49,836 bases of DNA from Bacteroidota bacterium (GTDB lineage: Bacteria > Bacteroidota > Bacteroidia > JACCXN01): contig CANHPJ010000001.1 of assembly GCA_947462515.1 (NCBI GenBank), positions 1 to 49,836 of the forward strand, read 5' to 3'. Under the pieces are notes generated by a model that was given only the letters and a program-made list of their open reading frames with translations, was not told the DNA's origin and did not search any database. Positions 38,756 through 46,349 of the stretch are shown one piece after another. The position numbers and the translations under genes were made by a program. Positions within the stretch are counted from its first letter, which is position 1, and the number at the start of each line of letters is the position of its first letter.

Positions 38756-38763
38756 CTATTTTT
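38756..38763 (+). promoter_or_regulatory. Candidate -7 box (TATTTTTG) upstream of the CapD-type gene
   Basis: An exact TAnnTTTG match 75 nt upstream of the ATG at 38838. A second copy lies at 38717-38724. No convincing -33 element is present. Confidence 0.25.
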
Positions 38764-38837
38764 GCTAAATTAGCATACCTAAAAGCAAGTGTGGAAAAAG
38801 TTTTAATTCCAAATGAATTATAATCAAAATAAAAAAA

Positions 38838-40718
38838 ATGATTTTCCCCAATAATTCAGCGCCACGTTGGCTTATTTTCGCAACAGACATAACAGTTTGT
38901 GCTATATCTATTATACTAGCATATTTATTAAGATTTAATTTTAAAATACCCGTAGAGTATTATTACTCATTAAAAATTAATGTATTATTAATATTATGCA
39001 CTAGGACAATTACTTTTTTGTTTAGTAAAACCTATTCAGGAATTATAAGATATACGGGCACTCAAGATGCACAGAGAATTTTCTTAGTTGTTTCTTCAGG
39101 AACTTTATTTTTCGTTGTATTAAACACCATTACTTTTTTCTTTATAAATCAGGTTTTCGTAATTCCGTTTTCAATATTAATTATTGACTATATGGCCACA
39201 GTATTCGGCTTGATAACATTCAGGATATTGGTAAAAGTTTTGTATTTTGAAACAAGAAATCCATACAAGGAAAAAAGAAATGTAATCATATACGGAGCGG
39301 GAGAGTCCGGGCTAATAGCAAAAAGGACATTAGACAGGGATGCAGGGTCGAAATATAAAGTTTTTGCATTTATAGACGATGACCCTAAAAAGTTAAACAA
39401 AAAAATGGAAGGAGTTACCATTTTCGGGACGAATAAATTGTCGGAAATATTTCAAAAAAATGAAATAGCACATTTAATTATTTCAATTCAAAACATTGCA
39501 CCTGAAAGAAAAAACGAAATAATTGAAACTTGCCTGGCTCACAATACCAAAATATTGAATGTTCCACCAGTTAACAAATGGATAAATGGAGAGTTAAGTT
39601 TCAAGCAAATTAAAAAGATAAACATAGTTGAATTACTTGAGAGAGCCCCAATTATGCTGGATGAGAAAAACATTAATCTTCAAATACAAAACAAAATAAT
39701 TCTTGTAACAGGAGCTGCAGGATCTATAGGAAGCGAAATTGTGAGACAAGTATCAAAATACAACCCAAAAAAAATAATTTTATTAGATCAGGCGGAATCG
39801 GCACTTTATGAATTAGAACTTGAAATGCTTGAAAAAAACAAATCATCCATTATTGAAATAGTAATTGGAGATGTTCGAAATAAGCAGCGGATGGAAAATT
39901 TATTTCGAACTTTTAAACCGGAACTAGTATATCATGCGGCTGCATATAAACACGTTCCATTAATGGAAAACAATCCATCTGAATCGATACTTACCAATAT
40001 AATGGGGACTAAGATAATAGCCGATTTATCCTCATTACACAACATATCACAGTTCGTAATGGTATCGACCGACAAAGCAGTAAACCCAACGAACGTAATG
40101 GGCGCCTCAAAAAGAATTGCAGAAATATACACACAATCATTAAACAAATGCTCCAAAACTAAATTTGTGACAACCAGATTTGGGAATGTCTTAGGTTCTA
40201 ATGGATCTGTTATTCCAATATTTCAGAAACAAATTGAAAATGGAGGGCCAATTAAAATCACACACCCGGAAATAACAAGATATTTTATGACTATTCCGGA
40301 AGCATGTCAATTGGTTTTAGAGGCCGGAACAATGGGAAAGGGAGGAGAAATATTTATTTTTGATATGGGTAAATCGGTTAAGATTATTGATCTTGCAAAA
40401 AAAATGGTAAAACTATCAGGATTGGAGCTTGGAAAAGACATACAAATAATATTTACCGGATTAAGGCCTGGAGAAAAACTTTACGAAGAACTATTAAATG
40501 ATTCCGAGAATACGATTGCAACACATCACAATCAGATATTGATAGCAAAAGTTTCGGAATACAATTTTGAAGAAATATCTGAGAAAATTGAACAACTTAT
40601 AGATTTATTTGATTCGCAAGATAACTTCAACATTGTTGCAAAGATGAAAGAAATCATTCCTGAATACATCAGTAATAATTCAATTTATTCAAATCTGGAC
40701 AAAGAGGTTGTAGAATAA
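38838..40718 (+). CDS. Membrane-anchored nucleotide-sugar 4,6-dehydratase (CapD/WbpM/PglF family polysaccharide biosynthesis protein)
   Basis: 626 aa with four N-terminal TM helices, then a Rossmann domain (IYGAGESG) and an SDR dehydratase domain (VTGAAGSIGSE, YKHVP, MVSTDKAVNPTNVMGASKR). Confidence 0.9.
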   Translation: MIFPNNSAPRWLIFATDITVCAISIILAYLLRFNFKIPVEYYYSLKINVLLILCTRTITFLFSKTYSGIIRYTGTQDAQRIFLVVSSGTLFFVVLNTITFFFINQVFVIPFSILIIDYMATVFGLITFRILVKVLYFETRNPYKEKRNVIIYGAGESGLIAKRTLDRDAGSKYKVFAFIDDDPKKLNKKMEGVTIFGTNKLSEIFQKNEIAHLIISIQNIAPERKNEIIETCLAHNTKILNVPPVNKWINGELSFKQIKKINIVELLERAPIMLDEKNINLQIQNKIILVTGAAGSIGSEIVRQVSKYNPKKIILLDQAESALYELELEMLEKNKSSIIEIVIGDVRNKQRMENLFRTFKPELVYHAAAYKHVPLMENNPSESILTNIMGTKIIADLSSLHNISQFVMVSTDKAVNPTNVMGASKRIAEIYTQSLNKCSKTKFVTTRFGNVLGSNGSVIPIFQKQIENGGPIKITHPEITRYFMTIPEACQLVLEAGTMGKGGEIFIFDMGKSVKIIDLAKKMVKLSGLELGKDIQIIFTGLRPGEKLYEELLNDSENTIATHHNQILIAKVSEYNFEEISEKIEQLIDLFDSQDNFNIVAKMKEIIPEYISNNSIYSNLDKEVVE

Positions 40719-40815
40719 TAAAACAAATAGTGCATAATTTAAAAGAACCATTTAAGGTGTAATGCGCATGGTCTAAAATATTTAAATCAGGAGAGCTTTT
40801 TTAACAATTAAATCT

Positions 40816-40823
40816 TATATTTG
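40816..40823 (+). promoter_or_regulatory. Candidate -7 box (TATATTTG) for the SiaB-like/DUF1987 bicistron
   Basis: An exact TAnnTTTG match 50 nt upstream of the ATG at 40873. Confidence 0.4.
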
Positions 40824-40845
40824 TTTGAATTAAGAACAATTACTC

Positions 40846-40859
40846 TAACAATATTGTTA
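40846..40859. promoter_or_regulatory. Perfect 14-nt palindrome TAACAATATTGTTA (operator-like) in the leader of the SiaB-like gene
   Basis: The sequence is taacaat|attgtta. Extra AACAAT half-sites lie at 40803-40808 and 40835-40840. It sits between the predicted -7 box and the start codon. Confidence 0.35.
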
Positions 40860-40872
40860 ATAGGAATTAAAC

Positions 40873-41415
40873 ATGGATGATAGGTTAAAATTCATTGATG
40901 AAATCTATAAGACAATGTATAAGGAACAGATTGTTCTAAGTTATATTGGCAGCGTCACGCCTGAGATAGTTAATGCACTATTAAAAAGTTTTAAAAATGA
41001 TGATTTTGTATTAAAAGACCAAGTTGGTTTGAAAAAACGGGTGTATAAAATCATTGTAGAGTGTTTAGAAAACATAAGCCGGCATTCAGAAATAACAGAT
41101 GAAAATCTTCCTCCATCAATATTTTTACTAGGTAAAGAATCCTCAAATTTTTTTATTATAAGCGGTAATTTCATTTACAATACCCAAGTAAATGACATAA
41201 CAAATATGATAGATAAGATAAATGGCATGGATACTGATTCAATTAAGGATAAATATCTAGAAGTTCTTGCCAATGGTTTAATTTCAAAAAAAGGTGGAGC
41301 AGGATTAGGGATGTATGATATTGCATTGAAATCAGGAAACAAATTGGAATATAATTTCAGATATGCAAATGAAACCACATCATTATATATATTAAAAGTC
41401 AAAGTTGATTTATAA
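40873..41415 (+). CDS. SiaB-like GHKL/HATPase-fold serine/threonine protein kinase (DUF6272-like)
   Basis: 180 aa with an N-box-like VECLENISRH (E63, N66, H71) and a glycine lid KKGGAGLGMYDIA. It has no DHp or receiver domain. Size and layout match my memory of the SiaB family, and it lies immediately upstream of a DUF1987 gene. Confidence 0.7.
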   Translation: MDDRLKFIDEIYKTMYKEQIVLSYIGSVTPEIVNALLKSFKNDDFVLKDQVGLKKRVYKIIVECLENISRHSEITDENLPPSIFLLGKESSNFFIISGNFIYNTQVNDITNMIDKINGMDTDSIKDKYLEVLANGLISKKGGAGLGMYDIALKSGNKLEYNFRYANETTSLYILKVKVDL

Positions 41416-41432
41416 TTTTTTTTACTAATACC

Positions 41433-41831
41433 ATGAACCCATTTATTATTGAACAGTCCGAATTTTCTCCATCAATAATCTTTGATCCGAGCAATTCAAA
41501 GTTTGAAATAACAGGCGAGTCAAGACCTGAAAATGCAGGAAAGTTTTATGAATCAGTCATCAAATGGCTAGATCAGTACTACGATGACATACTTTCCAAA
41601 AAAGAACTTTCAAGTACTGAAAAAATTTATTTTGACATCAAACTGGAGTATTTTAATTCAACCTCCGCAAAATATATTCTAGATTTATTAAAGGTGCTTG
41701 ACAACTATTATAAGAACGGGCACTTAGCCAAGATTAACTGGCATTTTGATGCTTTAGATGAAGACATGAAAGATTCCGGCGAACAATTTTCAAAGCTTGT
41801 AAAAGTTCCTTTCGCATTTATTCAACAATAA
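41433..41831 (+). CDS. DUF1987 (SiaC-like) partner-switch protein
   Basis: 132 aa. TGESRPENAGKFYESVIKWL, LEYFNSTSAKYILDLL, INWHFD and VPFAFI follow the DUF1987/SiaC pattern as I recall it. Confidence 0.72.
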   Translation: MNPFIIEQSEFSPSIIFDPSNSKFEITGESRPENAGKFYESVIKWLDQYYDDILSKKELSSTEKIYFDIKLEYFNSTSAKYILDLLKVLDNYYKNGHLAKINWHFDALDEDMKDSGEQFSKLVKVPFAFIQQ

Positions 41832-41854
41832 AATCAAACGTATAATTTAAATTT

Positions 41855-41892
41855 AAACACCTTATTGCGAAACAATAAGGTGTTTGTTATTA
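41855..41892 (+). terminator. Rho-independent terminator after the DUF1987 gene
   Basis: A perfect 13-bp stem pairs aaacaccttattg (41855-41867) with caataaggtgttt (41873-41885). The loop is cgaaa, followed by gttatt. Confidence 0.7.
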
Positions 41893-41913
41893 AGTACAGA
41901 AAATAAAATCTAT

Positions 41914-42864
41914 ATGAAAAAAATATTAGCTAATGACGGCATTGACGAAATGGGAAAAAGCATTCTTGAGAAAGCTGGATTTACCGTTATCACTGAAAAG
42001 GTAGCACAGGAAAATCTTGTTAACAGAATAAATGAGGAAAAATATATAGGCCTAACCGTAAGAAGCGCTACCAAAGTAAGAAGAGACATTATAGACAATT
42101 GCCCCGGATTAAAACTAATAGGAAGAGGGGGCGTAGGCATGGATAACATAGATGTAGAATATGCAAGAGAAAAAGGAATTATAGTGGCCAATACACCGGC
42201 AGCTTCGAGCGTTTCAGTAGCAGAGTTGGTAATGGCCCATTTATTTTCAATGGTTAGATTTTTATACGATTCAAATAGAAAAATGCCATTAGAAGGAGAT
42301 ACAAATTTCGCGGAATTGAAAAAGAAATTTGCAGAAGGCTCGGAGGTATCAGGAAAAACGATTGGCATAATTGGTTTCGGAAGAATTGGTCAAACAGTTG
42401 CAAAATACGCTTTAGGCCTGGGTATGAATGTTAAGGCTTACGACCCTTTTGTTAAAAGTGCATCAATTAAAATCACATTTTTCAATAATCAGAGTATAGA
42501 TTTACAAATAGAGACAGTTTCTTTAGAAGATCTATTAAAAGAGAGCGACTTTATCACACTGCATGTACCTGGTGGAGAGATCATTACCAAAAAAGAATTT
42601 GCCTTAATGAAACCAGGTGCAGGAATTATAAATACAGCCCGAGGAGGTGCAATTAATGAAAACGACCTAATTGAAGCCTTGAATTCCAAAAAAGTAGCCT
42701 ATGCAGCATTAGACGTATTTGAGAACGAGCCAATGCCAAAAAAAGAACTTTTAACACATCCAAGAATTTCTTTGACACCGCATATTGGAGCAGCTACTAA
42801 TGAAGCACAAGAGAGAATAGGTATTGAATTGGCAGAAAAAATCATAGAAGCATTAAAACAATAA
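41914..42864 (+). CDS. serA: D-3-phosphoglycerate dehydrogenase / D-2-hydroxyacid dehydrogenase family (short form, no ACT domain)
   Basis: The ORF track start (TTG 41884) lies inside the upstream terminator. The ATG at 41914 (MKKILANDGID...) gives 316 aa. It has an NAD motif (IGIIGFGRIGQ) and catalytic-region motifs NTARGG and HIGA. Confidence 0.85.
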   Translation: MKKILANDGIDEMGKSILEKAGFTVITEKVAQENLVNRINEEKYIGLTVRSATKVRRDIIDNCPGLKLIGRGGVGMDNIDVEYAREKGIIVANTPAASSVSVAELVMAHLFSMVRFLYDSNRKMPLEGDTNFAELKKKFAEGSEVSGKTIGIIGFGRIGQTVAKYALGLGMNVKAYDPFVKSASIKITFFNNQSIDLQIETVSLEDLLKESDFITLHVPGGEIITKKEFALMKPGAGIINTARGGAINENDLIEALNSKKVAYAALDVFENEPMPKKELLTHPRISLTPHIGAATNEAQERIGIELAEKIIEALKQ

Positions 42865-42868
42865 TCAC

Positions 42869-42910
42869 AAAAGCAGATTAAAGGGGCACTTTCAATCTGC
42901 TTTTTATTTC
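42869..42910 (+). terminator. Rho-independent terminator after serA
   Basis: An 11-bp stem pairs aaaagcagatt (42869-42879) with aatctgctttt (42894-42904). It can be extended by aaag/cttt with a 1-nt bulge. A T-tract (tttttatttc) follows. Confidence 0.7.
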
Positions 42911-42917
42911 TAATAAA

Positions 42918-44162
42918 ATGGCCATCATTAAACCTTTTAAAGGCATTAGGCCTACAAATGACAAGGTTCATCTTGTAGCATCAAGACCTTTGGACAACTA
43001 CAAAACTCAAGAATTAAATGCAAAACTAGCGGAGAATCCCTATACCTTTCTTCAAATCATAAAACCTGAATTTGGACAGTCAATTAAAACCAAACCAGGT
43101 TCAACCGAAAATTTAAAAAAGATAAAAACCAAATTTGAAGATTTTTGTAAGGAAGATATTTTATACGCAGATCAAGAAGAAACATTTTACATATATCAAC
43201 AAATAAACGGGAACGAATCTTCTACAGGAATAATAGGATGCGCCAGCATTGATGATTATTTCAATAATATTATAAAAAAACACGAACAAACTCTAACTCA
43301 CAAGGAAGAGATTCTCAAGAACTATCTCGAAGTTTGTGAATTTAATGCAGAACCGGTATCATTAATTTTTCCATCAACTGACAAAATTGATGATTTTTTG
43401 CAGAGCATAGCAAAAGAAAAACCAGAGTATGATTTTACAACCACAGATAAGTTAAGACACAAATTATGGATTGTAAATACTGCAAAAGAAATAGAATTAA
43501 TAACCAGTCAATTTAAAAAAATTTCTTCAATATATATCGCGGACGGTCACCACAGGACAGCATCATCTGCACTTTTAGGAAAGCAAAAAAGAGAAAGGCA
43601 AGTCGAATATACAGGAGATGAACCATTCAACTATTTGATGGCAATATTTTTCCCCGAAAATCAGCTTAAAATTTATGATTACAACCGGATTATAAAGGAT
43701 TTGAATGGTTTATCTGTAAAAGAATTCATAGCTGAAGTTTCAAAAAAATTTGAAGTAAATAAAATCGATTCAGAAGTTTATAAGCCAAATCAAAATCATA
43801 ATTTCAGTATGTATGTTGATGGGATATGGTATTCCTTGAATGCCAAAGTGGGAACATACAATCCAACAGACCCAATTGATTCTTTGGATGCAGCGATTCT
43901 TTCAAACAATATTTTAGAGCCTATTCTAGGAATAAAAGATTTAAAAACAGACAAACGAGTAGGGTTTATTAATGGCATAAAAGGGATGAAAGAATTAAAG
44001 CATCAAGTTGACACTTTAAAAGCAGAGGTGGCTTTTGGTTTGTATCCGGTAACAATGGAACAGCTAAAACTGATATCAGAGACAAATAATATTATGCCTC
44101 CAAAATCAACCTGGGTTGAACCCAAGTTAAGAAGTGGATTAACAATATTCAGTCTCAAATAA
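42918..44162 (+). CDS. Conserved protein of unknown function, DUF1015-like
   Basis: 414 aa starting MAIIKPFKGIRP..., with IADGHHR and other motifs that I recall as DUF1015. It is adjacent to serA, as in many genomes. Confidence 0.7.
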   Translation: MAIIKPFKGIRPTNDKVHLVASRPLDNYKTQELNAKLAENPYTFLQIIKPEFGQSIKTKPGSTENLKKIKTKFEDFCKEDILYADQEETFYIYQQINGNESSTGIIGCASIDDYFNNIIKKHEQTLTHKEEILKNYLEVCEFNAEPVSLIFPSTDKIDDFLQSIAKEKPEYDFTTTDKLRHKLWIVNTAKEIELITSQFKKISSIYIADGHHRTASSALLGKQKRERQVEYTGDEPFNYLMAIFFPENQLKIYDYNRIIKDLNGLSVKEFIAEVSKKFEVNKIDSEVYKPNQNHNFSMYVDGIWYSLNAKVGTYNPTDPIDSLDAAILSNNILEPILGIKDLKTDKRVGFINGIKGMKELKHQVDTLKAEVAFGLYPVTMEQLKLISETNNIMPPKSTWVEPKLRSGLTIFSLK

Positions 44163-44247
44163 AAACAAACTTGATTTTTATTTTTAAGGATTTTATTCCT
44201 ATTGACTAAAAAAATAATTACAAATCAAATTTCGATACTAAAAAATA

Positions 44248-44754
44248 ATGGCAACGTTTAAAGAAGGATTAAAAAACATCAGCACTTTTATTTTTGATGT
44301 TGACGGTGTTTTAAGTGACGGCACGGTAGTATTACTTCCAGATGGAGATCAGGCCAGAAATATGAACATAAAAGATGGTTATGCGCTGCAGCTTGCTGCC
44401 AAGTTAGGGTTTAATGTTTGTATAATAAGCGGAGGAAATTCAGAAACTGTAAAGAAAAGATTAAACGGCTTAGGGATAAATGATGTTTATTTGAAAGTTG
44501 CGGACAAAATTGAAAAATACGAGGATTATCTATATTCAAATCATTTAAGTCATGGGGAGATTCTCTACATGGGAGACGACATGCCAGATTATGAAGTTAT
44601 GACTAAAGTTGGAATTGCATGTTGTCCGGATGATGCTGTTGAAGAAATAAAGTCAATCAGTCATTATATTTCTCCAAACAAAGGAGGAAAGGGATGCGTA
44701 AGAGACATAATCGAACAGGTTTTAAAAACCCAGGGTAAATGGCCAGTTTTTTAA
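44248..44754 (+). CDS. kdsC: HAD-IIIA sugar-phosphate phosphatase, KdsC type (3-deoxy-D-manno-octulosonate 8-phosphate phosphatase)
   Basis: 168 aa with FDVDGVLSDG, IKDGYAL, ISGG, GDDMPD and GGKGCVRD motifs of the KdsC/C0 HAD subfamily. Confidence 0.85.
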   Translation: MATFKEGLKNISTFIFDVDGVLSDGTVVLLPDGDQARNMNIKDGYALQLAAKLGFNVCIISGGNSETVKKRLNGLGINDVYLKVADKIEKYEDYLYSNHLSHGEILYMGDDMPDYEVMTKVGIACCPDDAVEEIKSISHYISPNKGGKGCVRDIIEQVLKTQGKWPVF

Positions 44755-45677
44755 AACTAATCCGTTTTCAAAACTTGTTGATAATAGCAATTACACTTTA
44801 TCTTATCCGATTTTGTGTTGTACACCCTTTAATTAAGTCACTGGGATTAATGCCCCAGATGAATGAATTCCACTTTTTACTTTTATCACTTTCCACCATT
44901 TTTATTGCAGCAGCAGGATATGCTATTAATGACTATTTCGACGTTAAAATTGACCGAATAAACAAGCCTGAAAAAATGGTAGTGGACATTACCATAAAAA
45001 GAAGAATTGCTATACTTACTCACTTAATTTTCAATGCAATAGCTTTTATAATGGCATTTATTCTGTGTTTAGAAATCAAAATTTATTCTTTAATAATTCT
45101 ACATTTACTAACTGCTATTTTGTTATTAATATATTCAGTAAAATACAAAAGAGAATTCATAACAGGGAATATCATAATCGCCTTTTTAGTTGGTCTTATA
45201 CCTGTTTTAGCATCTTATTATGAGGTAAACTCAACACAAATAAGTTTCAGTGATTTAATTCAAAACAGGTATTTTTTCTTTTTAATGGGATATTGTGTTT
45301 TTGCTTTTTTAACCACTTTATCGAGAGAAATAATAAAAGACATTGAAGATTTTGATGGCGATATTGCCTATGGTTGCAATACTATGCCGATTAAGTTGGG
45401 GATAAAAAAAACAAAATCATTTGTACTATTTATTTCCAGTTTAATTCTACTTATTCTAAGTGCCATGCAGTACAATGAATATAAATCGGAAAACCATATT
45501 GCCTCCGTCTATTTATTGCTTTTCATAACGTTACCACTTATTTTCATAGTGTATAAATTATACCATTCAGAAAGCAAATCAGATATTTCATTTATAAGTA
45601 AGCTATTTAAGACCCTTATGATATTTGGAGTTTTATCTACGGCTGTGATATATTTCTTCACCAATATAAGTTATTAA
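44739..45677 (+). CDS. UbiA-superfamily membrane prenyltransferase (DGGGP-synthase-like subgroup)
   Basis: 312 aa with about 8-9 TM segments and two Asp-rich motifs, NDYFDVKIDRIN and KDIEDFDGDIAYG. It overlaps kdsC by 16 nt. Confidence 0.82.
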   Translation: MASFLKLIRFQNLLIIAITLYLIRFCVVHPLIKSLGLMPQMNEFHFLLLSLSTIFIAAAGYAINDYFDVKIDRINKPEKMVVDITIKRRIAILTHLIFNAIAFIMAFILCLEIKIYSLIILHLLTAILLLIYSVKYKREFITGNIIIAFLVGLIPVLASYYEVNSTQISFSDLIQNRYFFFLMGYCVFAFLTTLSREIIKDIEDFDGDIAYGCNTMPIKLGIKKTKSFVLFISSLILLILSAMQYNEYKSENHIASVYLLLFITLPLIFIVYKLYHSESKSDISFISKLFKTLMIFGVLSTAVIYFFTNISY

Positions 45678-45678
45678 A

Positions 45679-46260
45679 ATGCTGACAGAAAAAATAAAAA
45701 ATAAAAAAATTGTTTTAGCCTCAAAATCACCTCGCAGACAACAGTTATTAAAAGAATTAGGGATAAATTTTGAAATTAGAACAAAGGACACAGAAGAGTC
45801 TTTCGACGAGGGTTTAAAAAGAGAGGATATACCACTTTATTTGTGTGCACATAAAGCCAACGCTTTTGCGAATGAGATTAAAGAGGATGAAATATTAATT
45901 ACTGCAGACACCATAGTATGGGTAAATGATACAGTTCTAAATAAGCCAGAAAATGAAGAAGATGCTTATAGGATGTTAAAATTACTTTCAGGACAAATGC
46001 ATGAGGTCATTACTGCCGTTTGCATTAAGACAGTGGATAAAAGCGTATGTTTTCATGCAGTGACAAATGTATATTTCAAAGCATTATCAGATGAAGAGAT
46101 TGCTTATTATCTTTCAAATTATAAACCATATGACAAGGCTGGTGCATATGGAATACAGGAATGGATCGGATACATAGGAATAGAAAAAATTGAAGGCAGT
46201 TATTTTAACGTGATGGGTTTTCCGGTGAAAGAAGTATATGAGGCCTTACATTTATTTTAA
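45679..46260 (+). CDS. maf: Maf-family nucleoside triphosphate pyrophosphatase
   Basis: 193 aa with LASKSPRRQQLL, ADT.V and KAGAYGIQ motifs. It starts 1 nt after the ubiA-family stop. Confidence 0.92.
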   Translation: MLTEKIKNKKIVLASKSPRRQQLLKELGINFEIRTKDTEESFDEGLKREDIPLYLCAHKANAFANEIKEDEILITADTIVWVNDTVLNKPENEEDAYRMLKLLSGQMHEVITAVCIKTVDKSVCFHAVTNVYFKALSDEEIAYYLSNYKPYDKAGAYGIQEWIGYIGIEKIEGSYFNVMGFPVKEVYEALHLF

Positions 46261-46349
46261 AAATATTTTTTTTACCTATTAGAACCCCTGTTATCGGGGA
46301 TAAAATGAATATTTGTTTACCTTTAAAATTATTTTAATTAAATCAAAAA

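Noticed and set aside
38747-38775. An E. coli-type sigma-70 promoter, TTGACA-N17-TAGCAT, upstream of the CapD-type gene.
   Set aside because: The -35 hexamer is perfect and the spacing is ideal. However, Bacteroidota primary sigma factors recognise TTTG/TAnnTTTG rather than -35/-10 hexamers. A TATTTTTG box overlaps the same region (38756-38763) and is the more plausible signal.
41910-42368. A 152-aa minus-strand ORF inside serA. Similar antisense ORFs occur throughout the window: 1801-2004, 3272-3460, 4327-4530, 8288-8488, 8717-8911, 9226-9471, 11867-12082, 12429-12650, 16220-16573, 17097-17444, 21871-22291, 27826-28137, 29548-29928, 38122-38304, 41175-41402, 42699-42971 and 47085-47411.
   Set aside because: All of them lie entirely or largely within well-supported genes on the opposite strand or in another frame. 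Their composition is low-complexity (S/F/I/L/P-rich) and they have no recognisable motifs. They are typical shadow ORFs produced by the codon bias of the real gene.
46285-46305. The short GC hairpin cccc-tgttatc-gggg after maf.
   Set aside because: The stem is only 4 bp and the loop is 7 nt. There is no U-tract on either strand, so it is insufficient to call a terminator or a structured RNA.
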